From Bacteroidales bacterium UBA1715 (GTDB taxonomy: Bacteria > Bacteroidota > Bacteroidia > Bacteroidales > UBA1715): a DNA stretch of 64,000 nt. This document shows positions 36,999 through 46,844 of the stretch, one piece after another; the stretch's first letter is position 1, and every line of letters starts with the position of its first letter. A program made the translations under genes and the position numbers. Below the pieces are notes generated by a model. The model saw nothing but the letters and a program-made list of their open reading frames with translations, did not search any database and was not told the origin of the DNA. The DNA lies in the NCBI GenBank assembly GCA_002317135.1, contig DCIX01000025.1, positions 64,302 to 128,301 of the forward strand. The letters are read 5' to 3'.

Positions 36999-38000
36999 AT
37001 GACTATGAAAAAAATACTCTCTACTATATTTTTTGTTGGATTAACAACACTCGTATTTGTTGGTTGCAAAAAACTCGACCGAATGTATTTCAGTCCTGTT
37101 ACAACCATAGACAAGATGGAAGTCATTGATTTAACACCTGTTACCGACAGCATTTTTCTTGTTCTTTGCAAAGACAAAGATGAAAAGCGCGAAATATATC
37201 GTTGCACATGGGGGAAAAATCAAAAAGTAACATCTACCAAGATGGGGAAATCATTAAGTCTTAAATTCAACACTATTGAATTCAAAGATGGCAAAACATG
37301 GATTGGCGGTGACACTCTTGCAATTAGAATGAGTGAAGATACAGGAAAAACATGGGTACGTTGGAGAACAAATTCTTTTGACAACTGGAAAGAAAACTGG
37401 CCAGGTGATATTTCAAATCTTACCAATATCTACATCAAAAACGACGAACCATATTTTGCAATCGGAAGCGACGACCTATTCAAAGGTAATTTCTATTGGT
37501 TCTGCACAGAATGGAATAGTTGGAAGAGCGGACAAAAGCAATTTGGTTTAAACGACATGATAGTATGCGACGACAGTCTTGTATACATAGCAGGGTATGG
37601 TTCAATTTGTTATGCAAATCAATTAGGAGAAAATCAAACCTTGGAAAATGTCGGTGGTGAAAACTTCACAAGCATTTGTTCCAATGGGAAATATGTTTTC
37701 GCATGTTCATATTCAGGAAAAATATTCCGTACGGAAATGAGTGAAAACAAATGGGAAAAAGTTTCTTCAAAAGGAACACGTCTTTTATTTATTGAAGCGG
37801 ACAATAATGGCAATGTTGTAGCCGTAGGAGAAAGCAAAAAAGTTCTTATCTCTAACGACAACGGTGAAACATGGAGAGAAGAAAGTTATTCCGAAGGAAA
37901 TAAAATTTCATGTATGAAAATGCTTAACAATGAATTTTACATTGGAACAGAAAAAGGAGTAATTATAAAACTAAATAACGCAAACCTTAACCTTCAATGA
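36999..38000 (+). CDS. BNR/Asp-box (Ycf48-like propeller) lipoprotein
   Basis: Lipobox LVFVGC. Asp-boxes SEDTGKTW and SNDNGETW. The stop overlaps the CotH start (ATGA). Confidence 0.7.
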   Translation: MTMKKILSTIFFVGLTTLVFVGCKKLDRMYFSPVTTIDKMEVIDLTPVTDSIFLVLCKDKDEKREIYRCTWGKNQKVTSTKMGKSLSLKFNTIEFKDGKTWIGGDTLAIRMSEDTGKTWVRWRTNSFDNWKENWPGDISNLTNIYIKNDEPYFAIGSDDLFKGNFYWFCTEWNSWKSGQKQFGLNDMIVCDDSLVYIAGYGSICYANQLGENQTLENVGGENFTSICSNGKYVFACSYSGKIFRTEMSENKWEKVSSKGTRLLFIEADNNGNVVAVGESKKVLISNDNGETWREESYSEGNKISCMKMLNNEFYIGTEKGVIIKLNNANLNLQ

Positions 38001-41000
38001 GAAAACTATTTTTCCTCGCAACACTAATTTTATTTTCATACTATTCATTTTCGCAGCAACTTATTCTTAACGAAATAGTTGCAAAGAATGCCAACTCCTA
38101 CATAAACAATCAGGGAAGTTCTCCAGACTGGATTGAAATAAAGAATATCTCAAATTCTGCCATTCAACTTTCAGACTATAGTCTTGCAACAAAAGAGTGT
38201 TTGAATACACCATGGCAATTTCCAGACAAAAAACTAGCAGCTGGCGCTGTTTCATTATTTGAAGCAAAAGAATCCAAGACTGCTGCACAATGGGAAACTG
38301 TTATTGATTTAGGACATTCCTTCACATTTACAGTACCTTCATACGAAATAAGCAACTGGTACAAAGAAGATTACAACGTCAGCGAATGGAATAATGGTCC
38401 TTCCCCTATCGGATTTGGAGAATCAAACATCGCTAGCAGCGTCCCAGCAGGAACAAAATCAGTATTTCTACGAACAACATTTTCCGTCAGCGATATCAAC
38501 GACATTACAGACCTCATGCTCCACATGGACTGCGATGATGGATTTATTGCATACATAAACGGGAAAGAAGTTGTACGATTCAATATGAATCAAACAGCAT
38601 ACAATGCATTTGCGAACAACGCGACAGAAGGAGTTATTGCAAACGGAGGAATACCTGAAAAATACACCATTGAAAATCCACAAAATATTTTACACGAAGG
38701 TATTAACACATTTTGTGTACAGGTTCACAACTGCAATGCAACATCAAGCGACTTGTTAGCAATTCCTATCTTGAGCATCGGATATAACACATATAAAGAC
38801 TATCGTGGAGGAACATCCAAATATTGTAGCTTCTCAAGCGGAAACATATTTCCCCACTCATTAGATGCCTCTTCCGACATTGTATACTTATTGTATAACA
38901 ATAACATTGTTGATAGCATTTCATGGAAAGACATTCCTGTAGATATATCTATCGGACGAAAAAGTGGTGACAATACGAATATTTATTATTTCCAAAAACC
39001 AACTCCAGGTAAAGCAAATAGTAACGAGGCTTTCGTTTCTGAAACTCTTGAAAAACCTAAACTTTCAGTACCAGGAACCGTGTTCACAATCGATGAAACA
39101 TTCTATGTATCAGCATATTCCAGCGAAACCGACGTAACTATTCGCTACACAACCGATGGCTCTGTCCCAACAGAGAAGTCAAAAGTATTTCCAGAAAAAT
39201 TACTTATTTCTACAACAACAAACCTACGCGTGCGAGCATTTCGTAACGGATACTTACCAAGTAAAACAACAACCAATAGTTACCTGTATTTAAATAGAAA
39301 TCAAAATCTGCCAATTGCTTCTATTACAGCAAACGAAGACGATTTTTTCAGCTACCAATCGGGGATATACGAAAAGGGACCGAATGCCTCAAATGAAGAG
39401 CCTTACTACGGGGCGAACTTCTGGCAAGACTGGGAAAAACCTATCCATTTTGAATATTTCGACGAAAATGGAGATTGTGTAGTATCGCAAGATGCAGGCG
39501 TAAAAATTGGCGGAAACTGGAGCCGTGCCCAACCGCAAAAAACATTAAAAATCTATGCTCGCGACGAATATGGTAAAGACGAAATGGAATATCAGTTTTT
39601 TAAAGATAAACCTATTTCTTCATTCCACCTTATTTTACTACGAAACAGTGGTAACGATTTCAATAACACACAAATGCGTGATGGCGTTATTTCCGAACTT
39701 GCAAAACAAATGGACATAGACCGACAAGCATATCAACCTGCAATCGTATTCATAAATGGTAACTATTACGGTATTCAAAATGTGCGTGAAAAGCAAAACA
39801 AACACTATGTTGCCGAAAATTATGGATACGATAAAGATGATATTGATGTCATTAAAAATAACGGCGAAGTTGCTGATGGCAATAACACCGATTATTTCAT
39901 CATGCGTAATTTTATGGAAAACAATGACTTATCCAACGAACAAAATTACGAACAAGCTAAAAAATACATTGATATTCAAAACTTTATAGACTACAACATT
40001 CTGGAAATGTATGTAGTAAACGAGGACTGGCCAGGAAATAACATTGCCTACTGGCATTCCCGTTCGGGAAATACTCCGTGGCGTTATATGCTTTTTGACG
40101 CCGATTTCGGATTAGGCATCTGGGATGTAGAAACCAAAGTCAACAAAAATATGTTCCAATGGTGCACATTGGCAAATTCAAGCAACTATGCAACTGCACC
40201 TTGGTCAACAATAATTTTACGACAATTATTACAAAATGCTGACTTCAAACGAGATTTTCTTAATAGTTTAGCTGATAGATTAAACACAACTCTTTCTGCA
40301 TATTCAATAAACCATACAATTGACTCTGTTTACGATATAATAGAAAACGAAATGGTTTTTCATAAAGAAAAATGGGGAGATAATTGGCAAGATGGCTGGC
40401 TTAACCAAATGAAGGATTTCGGTAACCGCCGCGATAACATCATGAGAAGACAAGCCGAAAATTTCTTCTCAACCAACGGCAGTTATAAACTAACAATTTC
40501 ATCTTCGGAAAAAAATGCAGGTGTTATTCAACTGAACAGCATAACTGTTTCTACTTTCCCGTGGTCTGGGAAATACTTCAACAACAACACTATTTCATTA
40601 ACAGCCATAGCAAAACCTGGATATAAATTCATACGTTGGGAAGGTGCTGTTAATTCTACTGATAAAACAATAACTATCACGACCAATCAAACCACAAACA
40701 TTACCGCTGTGTTTGAATACGTTGGAAATGAACCTAACATTTTGTTTACAGAAATTTATTATCACACATACCAAGACGACGAAACAAAATGGATAGAACT
40801 GTACAATAAAAACAATGCACAGCCAATCCTTGACATTTCCAATTGGACCATTACACTCGACCGATACAACCAAACATTTACATTCCCTGAAGGAAGCAAA
40901 TTGGGAACAGACGAACATCCCAATATACTTATTATCGCAAAAAACAAGGAACGTTTCTGTGAGAAATACCCAACTATTCCTGCCGAATCGGTTATTGGAA

Positions 41001-41947
41001 ATATAGACATAGATTTTCCAAAAGACTTTGCCACTGTTACATTACGCAATGTCGATGGCTGCAAAATGGCAGAAATGTATTACACAGACCAAGCGGCATA
41101 CGCACAAAAAGCCGACGGCTACGGATATTCTTATGCGTATTTTGATAAGAAATGGTATGCATACGCTTTAGGAGGCGATCCATTATTTTTCTCCGAAAAT
41201 AATTCTGTACCAGCTGTACCAACTCTAAGACCTGTTATCACAGAAATAAACTTTGCACCAAGCAAAACTTTAGATTCTGGCGACTGGATAGAAATCTATA
41301 ATCCAGATGAATATACCGCATTTAATTTAAAAGATTGGATGATACAGGACGACGGAGGCAAAATTTCTGTTATATACGATGATATCACTATTGCCCCAGG
41401 TGAATACATTGTTTTCGCAAACAATCCAGAGAAATTCAATAGCATTTACCCTGATGTAAAATGCTATCAATTAGACTTGTCGCTCAACAATTATCAAGAC
41501 GGTATAACAGTATATAATGAATACGAAAAAACAATAGATTTTGTTTCTTATTCGATGTTCGAAGATGAATGGTCGAAAAACACGTTCAAAACAGGAAGAA
41601 CACTTTCACTTCGCGACTATAAGAGCGATAACGCATTAGGTAAAAACTGGTCGGCAAGTAAAAGTTTTGGAACACCAGGAAGAGAAAACGACTATATTCT
41701 AACAGATATTCCTGAAAATGAACAAATTCAAGTTGCAGCATATCCAAATCCATGTAAAGATTATCTTACAATACAATGTGAAGGTAGTTTTACATACGAA
41801 ATAGTTACTTCTAATGGCGTGATGATTGCTTCAAACGAAGCCGAAAAACAAGTATTCGTTCCAGTAAGAGAACTTTCTACAGGAATATATTTTGTTGTTG
41901 TTTATAAAGAAAATCTAACTATTATTAAGAAAATAGTTAAAGAATAG
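37997..41947 (+). CDS. CotH kinase-fold family protein with three lamin-tail domains, chitobiase-C-like domain, InlB-B-like repeat and T9SS type A sorting domain
   Basis: LTD signatures: LILNEIVAKN ... SPDWIEIKN, ILFTEIYY ... KWIELYN and PVITEINFAP ... GDWIEIYN. RYTTDGSVPT marks the CHB_HEX_C-like domain, followed by a central CotH-like region. The C-terminus AYPNPCKDYLTI ... GIYFVVVY is the type A sorting domain. Confidence 0.75.
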   Translation: MRKLFFLATLILFSYYSFSQQLILNEIVAKNANSYINNQGSSPDWIEIKNISNSAIQLSDYSLATKECLNTPWQFPDKKLAAGAVSLFEAKESKTAAQWETVIDLGHSFTFTVPSYEISNWYKEDYNVSEWNNGPSPIGFGESNIASSVPAGTKSVFLRTTFSVSDINDITDLMLHMDCDDGFIAYINGKEVVRFNMNQTAYNAFANNATEGVIANGGIPEKYTIENPQNILHEGINTFCVQVHNCNATSSDLLAIPILSIGYNTYKDYRGGTSKYCSFSSGNIFPHSLDASSDIVYLLYNNNIVDSISWKDIPVDISIGRKSGDNTNIYYFQKPTPGKANSNEAFVSETLEKPKLSVPGTVFTIDETFYVSAYSSETDVTIRYTTDGSVPTEKSKVFPEKLLISTTTNLRVRAFRNGYLPSKTTTNSYLYLNRNQNLPIASITANEDDFFSYQSGIYEKGPNASNEEPYYGANFWQDWEKPIHFEYFDENGDCVVSQDAGVKIGGNWSRAQPQKTLKIYARDEYGKDEMEYQFFKDKPISSFHLILLRNSGNDFNNTQMRDGVISELAKQMDIDRQAYQPAIVFINGNYYGIQNVREKQNKHYVAENYGYDKDDIDVIKNNGEVADGNNTDYFIMRNFMENNDLSNEQNYEQAKKYIDIQNFIDYNILEMYVVNEDWPGNNIAYWHSRSGNTPWRYMLFDADFGLGIWDVETKVNKNMFQWCTLANSSNYATAPWSTIILRQLLQNADFKRDFLNSLADRLNTTLSAYSINHTIDSVYDIIENEMVFHKEKWGDNWQDGWLNQMKDFGNRRDNIMRRQAENFFSTNGSYKLTISSSEKNAGVIQLNSITVSTFPWSGKYFNNNTISLTAIAKPGYKFIRWEGAVNSTDKTITITTNQTTNITAVFEYVGNEPNILFTEIYYHTYQDDETKWIELYNKNNAQPILDISNWTITLDRYNQTFTFPEGSKLGTDEHPNILIIAKNKERFCEKYPTIPAESVIGNIDIDFPKDFATVTLRNVDGCKMAEMYYTDQAAYAQKADGYGYSYAYFDKKWYAYALGGDPLFFSENNSVPAVPTLRPVITEINFAPSKTLDSGDWIEIYNPDEYTAFNLKDWMIQDDGGKISVIYDDITIAPGEYIVFANNPEKFNSIYPDVKCYQLDLSLNNYQDGITVYNEYEKTIDFVSYSMFEDEWSKNTFKTGRTLSLRDYKSDNALGKNWSASKSFGTPGRENDYILTDIPENEQIQVAAYPNPCKDYLTIQCEGSFTYEIVTSNGVMIASNEAEKQVFVPVRELSTGIYFVVVYKENLTIIKKIVKE

Positions 41948-42028
41948 CGGATTTTCCAAAGGTTACATTCCGTTTTTAACAATTATGAATACTTATTAAC
42001 AACAGTCTTTTGTTTGTTAAGAAATGTC

Positions 42029-42036
42029 TATTTTTG
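42029..42036 (+). promoter_or_regulatory. -7 promoter box TATTTTTG
   Basis: Matches TAnnTTTG, 28 nt upstream of ATG 42064. Confidence 0.4.
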
Positions 42037-42063
42037 AAATCGGTAAAAAATGATTATTGAACT

Positions 42064-42615
42064 ATGAGATTTAGTAAGCTTGCCTTGTTGTTGGGAATGT
42101 TGATTGTAAGCACAACAGCCTTTGCCCAATATGACGATGATGAAACAGTACAATCAAGAAAAAGTACACATAAAAAAGAAAAAGTTCACTCTGGTCCTGC
42201 GGCAAAAAGCCGTGATATGAAAAAGCAAGACAACTTCAAATCAAGCGTAAACAAAACAACACACTTGAGCAAGAAGGAGCAAGCGAAACTACAAGCAAAA
42301 AAGGAAAAAGAACATCAAAAACGTTTCGAGTCTAACCGCAAAAAAATGCAGGACAAAAAGACTTTGAAACGAATGAAACAAAACGAAAAATACTCATATC
42401 GTACCAATTCAGCCAAAGGTAAGTCTTGGCAAAGTCGAAAACACGAGTCGAAATCTACCAAAGCTAATCGAAAACGAGCAAAAGCATTGGAAAAGAAACA
42501 AGACGAAGCTCGCGACAGATACGAGAACAAGGATTATAAACCGGGAGCGAGAAAAACGACTAGAAAAGGTAAAATCCGAGAATTCCAAAATCCGTTTAAA
42601 CGAGATAAACGATAA
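42064..42615 (+). CDS. Secreted, extremely basic Lys/Arg-rich low-complexity protein (183 aa)
   Basis: Signal peptide LLLGMLIVSTTAFAQ followed by a K/R/Q/E-rich sequence. Confidence 0.55.
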   Translation: MRFSKLALLLGMLIVSTTAFAQYDDDETVQSRKSTHKKEKVHSGPAAKSRDMKKQDNFKSSVNKTTHLSKKEQAKLQAKKEKEHQKRFESNRKKMQDKKTLKRMKQNEKYSYRTNSAKGKSWQSRKHESKSTKANRKRAKALEKKQDEARDRYENKDYKPGARKTTRKGKIREFQNPFKRDKR

Positions 42616-42617
42616 CG

Positions 42618-43565
42618 ATGAAACACTATTGCTGGGAAATAGTTATTGCTCTGCTTATTTCAATAACAGTGCAAGCCCAACAATGTGATTCTCTCTACAT
42701 TGCGTCTCTAAAACTATACGATAGCGAAAACTACAACGCCTCGTTGGAAGCAATCAATACTGTTATTCAGAAATGTGGAAATACAGTTGATTACCAACTA
42801 CATAAAGCGAAATGTTTTAGTGAATTAAAGGACACAAAGGGGAAATTAGGAGCACTCAACGCGGCTTTAGCCCTTGATTCAAACTGTATTGCTGCATTGT
42901 CAGAAAAAGCTGCAATGTATATGTCAGCGGACATTTATTCGTCGGCAATAAAATGCTATAAGAAAATTCTGTCACTAATACCAGCAACCGACACAACAAC
43001 ACGCCTATACCTTACCAACCTAAGTGCATTGTATGTATATACGAATCAAAACAATAAAGCATTTGACTTGTTATGGGATTATTGCCAAAAAGATTCCTCG
43101 GCAAGCAATGAATATATGCTCACAAACTTGTCGGCTTCGGCTATCTATATCGGTAAATATGCAGAAGCAGAATGGGCTCTATCAAAAATTCTGACTGACA
43201 ATCCTGCAAATGTAAAAGCTCTTGTAAATATGGGGCTTTGCAAAGAAGGACAAAAAGACTATGATGCTGCAATTGCATACTACGACAAAGCAATGTTGTA
43301 TGTTCCCGATGACGCATACGCTTGGAACAACCGCGGATACGCCTATTATATGCAGGGAAACTACAAAGACGCACTCGACAATATAGAAAAATCTATTACA
43401 TTAGATCCATCTAACTCATACGCTTACAGAAACAAAGCACTTGTTTTAATTGCTATGGGAAAGAAAAAAGACGCTTGCAAAAACTTAGAGCAAGCTATTG
43501 AAGCTGGATTTACAGAAATGTATGGCAACGAAGTTCTACAATTAATAGAACAAAACTGCCGCTAA
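42618..43565 (+). CDS. Tetratricopeptide repeat protein (secreted)
   Basis: Signal peptide. TPR units such as AWNNRGYAYYMQGNYKDALDNIEKSITLDP. Confidence 0.75.
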   Translation: MKHYCWEIVIALLISITVQAQQCDSLYIASLKLYDSENYNASLEAINTVIQKCGNTVDYQLHKAKCFSELKDTKGKLGALNAALALDSNCIAALSEKAAMYMSADIYSSAIKCYKKILSLIPATDTTTRLYLTNLSALYVYTNQNNKAFDLLWDYCQKDSSASNEYMLTNLSASAIYIGKYAEAEWALSKILTDNPANVKALVNMGLCKEGQKDYDAAIAYYDKAMLYVPDDAYAWNNRGYAYYMQGNYKDALDNIEKSITLDPSNSYAYRNKALVLIAMGKKKDACKNLEQAIEAGFTEMYGNEVLQLIEQNCR

Positions 43566-43577
43566 AAAACAACTACT

Positions 43578-46337
43578 ATGGAAGAAAAGAAACTATTCCT
43601 CATAGACGGACATGCCGTTTTATATCGCTCCTATTTTGCATTCATAAATAATCCTCGTGTAAACTCCAAAGGCGTAAACACCTCGGCAGTATTTGGTTTC
43701 GTAAATACGGTTTACGAAATGATGCGTTCGCAAAAACCAACGCATATTGGCGTTGTGTTTGATCCCAAAGGAAAGACTTTTCGCCACGAGATGTATGAGG
43801 CCTATAAAGCGAATAGACAAGCAACTCCTGAAGATCTTAAAGCAGCCATTCCCGAAGTTATTGAAATCATTCAGGCAATGAATATTCCTGTCGTGCAAGT
43901 CGAAGGCTACGAAGCTGACGATGTTATTGGAACATTGGCTAAACAAGCTGCTAAAAAAGACTTTATGGTCTATATGGTTACGCCAGATAAGGATTATGCA
44001 CAACTTGTCGAAGATTCTATTTACATGTATCGACTTGGTCACAACGGAATCGACATAATGGGGCCACAACAAGTAGCCGATAAATTTTCGGTGAAAAGAC
44101 CAGAACAAGTCATTGACTTATTAGGACTTTGGGGCGATAGTTCCGACAACATTCCAGGTGCCCCTGGCGTGGGTGAAAAAACAGCAAAAGCACTTATTGC
44201 TCAATATGATAGCATTGAGGGTATCTACGAACATATCGAAGAATTAAAAGGTAAACAAAAAGAAAAAATGATTGCAGCAAAAGACCAAGTACTACTATCA
44301 AAAGAACTTGCTACAATCTGCACTCAAGTGCCTATTTCCTTCGACGACTATAATTTTGAAAAAGAGCCATTTAACGCCGAAGCGTTACAAGCAAAATTCA
44401 ATGAATTAGAGTTTATCGGTTTGGCTCAAAAGATGCTTAAAACAACTATAGAACCACAAAAACCAATAGCAAAACCTGTCGTTCAGGAATCCGATACGCA
44501 ATTGGATTTATTTGCAGAACCAGCAGAACAACCTGTCGTTCAAACAAAAACAAAAACATTCAGCAACTATCATATAGTAAAAGATGTTGACTCGTTCATT
44601 AAATTACTTTCAAAACAACTAACTATCAGTTACACAATCTGTTCCGACACAGCAACAACAGTCAACGCACGCGTACTTGGCATAGCTTTCTCGTGGAACA
44701 ACAACGAAGCACACTATCTTGCATTTCCAACCGAAGAAAATGAGCACAAAGAATTAATGCAAAAAATCAAACCGATTTTTAATTCTTGCTCAAAGAAATT
44801 CACCTACGACCTCAAGCAAAGCGTATCTATTCTTTCCCGTTACGGAATTCCCGTCTATGGCGAAACACACGATTTACAGTTAGCACACTATGTTCTTCAA
44901 CCGGAATTACGCCATTCATTAGACACAATTGTACGTCAATATTTAGGGACAAGCATTTTACGAATAGAAGATTTTACTACGACAAAAGCTGCACAATTTT
45001 CATTCGCCGAATTGTCTATTGAACAACAAAAAAACTACTTCTGTGAACAAGCAGATGTCATTTTACAAACAACACCACTTATTGAAAAAAAACTTCGCGA
45101 CCTTGGTCAATATGAGTTATATACAAAAATAGAATGTCCACTTGCCTCTGTTTTAAGCAAGATGGAAATGGCTGGAGTAAAGATTGATTCTGACGCACTT
45201 CGCAAGTCTTCAGAAGTAATCAGCAACGAGGTTTCTAAAATAGAAAATCGCATATATGAATTGGCTGGAGAAACTTTCAACATTGGTTCTCCAAAACAAT
45301 TAGGAGAAATCCTATTTGACAAACTTGCCATTACAGAAAAAGCGAAGAAGACAAAAACGAAACAATATGCCACAGGCGAGGAAGTGCTCGACAAACTCCG
45401 TGACGCACACGAAATTGTACCACTTATTTTGGAATATAGAGAGATGAAAAAACTCTTATCTACCTATATCGACGCCCTACCTCAACTGGTAAACAAACAT
45501 ACTGGAAAAATACACGCCTCATTTAATCAAGCGGTTGTTGCCACTGGTCGATTGAGTTCAACAAACCCAAATCTACAAAACATTCCGGTACGCACCGAAA
45601 TGGGACGGGAAATACGCAAAGTATTTATTCCTTCACAACCAGGAAATATATTCCTATCAGCCGATTATTCACAAATAGAACTTCGTCTTATCGCCCATTT
45701 TAGTGGTGACGAACACTTTATTTCAGCGTTCAAGAATGGCGAAGACATACACCGTGCAACTGCCGCAAAAATCTTTGGTGTTTCACTAGAAGAAGTTACA
45801 GCCGACCAAAGAAGAAAAGCGAAATCAGCGAATTTTGCAATTTCATACGGAACTACAGCATTCGGTCTCTCACAAACATTGAACATCCCTCGCAAAGAAG
45901 CACAAGAACTAATCGACAGTTACTTTGCGAACTATCCGAAAGTAAAAGCCTTAATGGATTCATACATAGATATGGCACGAAATAAAGGCTATGTGGAAAC
46001 AATGTTCAACCGACGCAGATATTTGCCTGACATTAACTCACAAAACGCAACGATACGCGGTGTTGCCGAACGAAATGCTATTAACGCACCGGTACAAGGT
46101 TCTGCAGCAGACATCATAAAAATTGCAATGATTAACATTGCTTCAAAAATGGAAGAACAAAACCTTCGTAGCCGTATGATTCTACAAGTTCACGACGAAT
46201 TAAACTTCGATGTTTTTCCTGACGAACTTGAGGCAATGAAGAAAATCGTGACTGAAGAAATGCAAAATGCGGTAGCATTACAAGTGCCACTTATTGCCGA
46301 AATGGGAATAGGACAAAACTGGTTAGAAGCACATTAA
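43578..46337 (+). CDS. polA: DNA polymerase I
   Basis: 5'-nuclease N-terminus (LIDGHAVLYRSYFA). Pol motifs DYSQIELR, RRKAKSANFAISYG and QVHDEL. Confidence 0.97.
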   Translation: MEEKKLFLIDGHAVLYRSYFAFINNPRVNSKGVNTSAVFGFVNTVYEMMRSQKPTHIGVVFDPKGKTFRHEMYEAYKANRQATPEDLKAAIPEVIEIIQAMNIPVVQVEGYEADDVIGTLAKQAAKKDFMVYMVTPDKDYAQLVEDSIYMYRLGHNGIDIMGPQQVADKFSVKRPEQVIDLLGLWGDSSDNIPGAPGVGEKTAKALIAQYDSIEGIYEHIEELKGKQKEKMIAAKDQVLLSKELATICTQVPISFDDYNFEKEPFNAEALQAKFNELEFIGLAQKMLKTTIEPQKPIAKPVVQESDTQLDLFAEPAEQPVVQTKTKTFSNYHIVKDVDSFIKLLSKQLTISYTICSDTATTVNARVLGIAFSWNNNEAHYLAFPTEENEHKELMQKIKPIFNSCSKKFTYDLKQSVSILSRYGIPVYGETHDLQLAHYVLQPELRHSLDTIVRQYLGTSILRIEDFTTTKAAQFSFAELSIEQQKNYFCEQADVILQTTPLIEKKLRDLGQYELYTKIECPLASVLSKMEMAGVKIDSDALRKSSEVISNEVSKIENRIYELAGETFNIGSPKQLGEILFDKLAITEKAKKTKTKQYATGEEVLDKLRDAHEIVPLILEYREMKKLLSTYIDALPQLVNKHTGKIHASFNQAVVATGRLSSTNPNLQNIPVRTEMGREIRKVFIPSQPGNIFLSADYSQIELRLIAHFSGDEHFISAFKNGEDIHRATAAKIFGVSLEEVTADQRRKAKSANFAISYGTTAFGLSQTLNIPRKEAQELIDSYFANYPKVKALMDSYIDMARNKGYVETMFNRRRYLPDINSQNATIRGVAERNAINAPVQGSAADIIKIAMINIASKMEEQNLRSRMILQVHDELNFDVFPDELEAMKKIVTEEMQNAVALQVPLIAEMGIGQNWLEAH

Positions 46338-46361
46338 TAAGGAACGTAAGATATTGCAATC

Positions 46362-46844
46362 CTACATCTTTTTCACATAGTTTGTTGTAGAAAAACCTTC
46401 AACAAATTCGATTGTCTTCACCTCGCCACCGTTGGCAAGCACTTCTTTTGCGCCAACTATATTTTCTATTTGGTAATCACTACCTTTCACAAGTACATCG
46501 GGAAGTAAGGTCGAAATCACATTAAGCGGAGTATCTTCGTCAAATAAAATCACAAGGTCAATAAATTCGAAACTGGCAATAGTCAACGCTCGAGATTCTT
46601 CTTCTTTTATAGGACGGTTTTCTCCCTTTAATCGTTTTATAGACGCATCGGTATTCAATCCCAAAATCAATTTTGAACCCAAATCGCGTGCCTTCGACAA
46701 ATAATAGATATGCCCTTTGTGAATTATATCGAAACAACCATTGGTAAAAACAATCTTTTCACCCTGAATTCTCCAATTGGCAACAATTTGTTTCGCTTCT
46801 TCAAGAGAAACAATTTTATGTAGTATTGTATCTAACTGATTCAT
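46362..46844 (-). CDS. RfaE-domain-II-type cytidylyl/adenylyltransferase (D-beta-D-heptose 1-phosphate adenylyltransferase-like)
   Basis: FTNGCFDIIHKGH nucleotidyltransferase signature. About 160 aa. Confidence 0.8.
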   Translation of the reverse strand: MNQLDTILHKIVSLEEAKQIVANWRIQGEKIVFTNGCFDIIHKGHIYYLSKARDLGSKLILGLNTDASIKRLKGENRPIKEEESRALTIASFEFIDLVILFDEDTPLNVISTLLPDVLVKGSDYQIENIVGAKEVLANGGEVKTIEFVEGFSTTNYVKKM

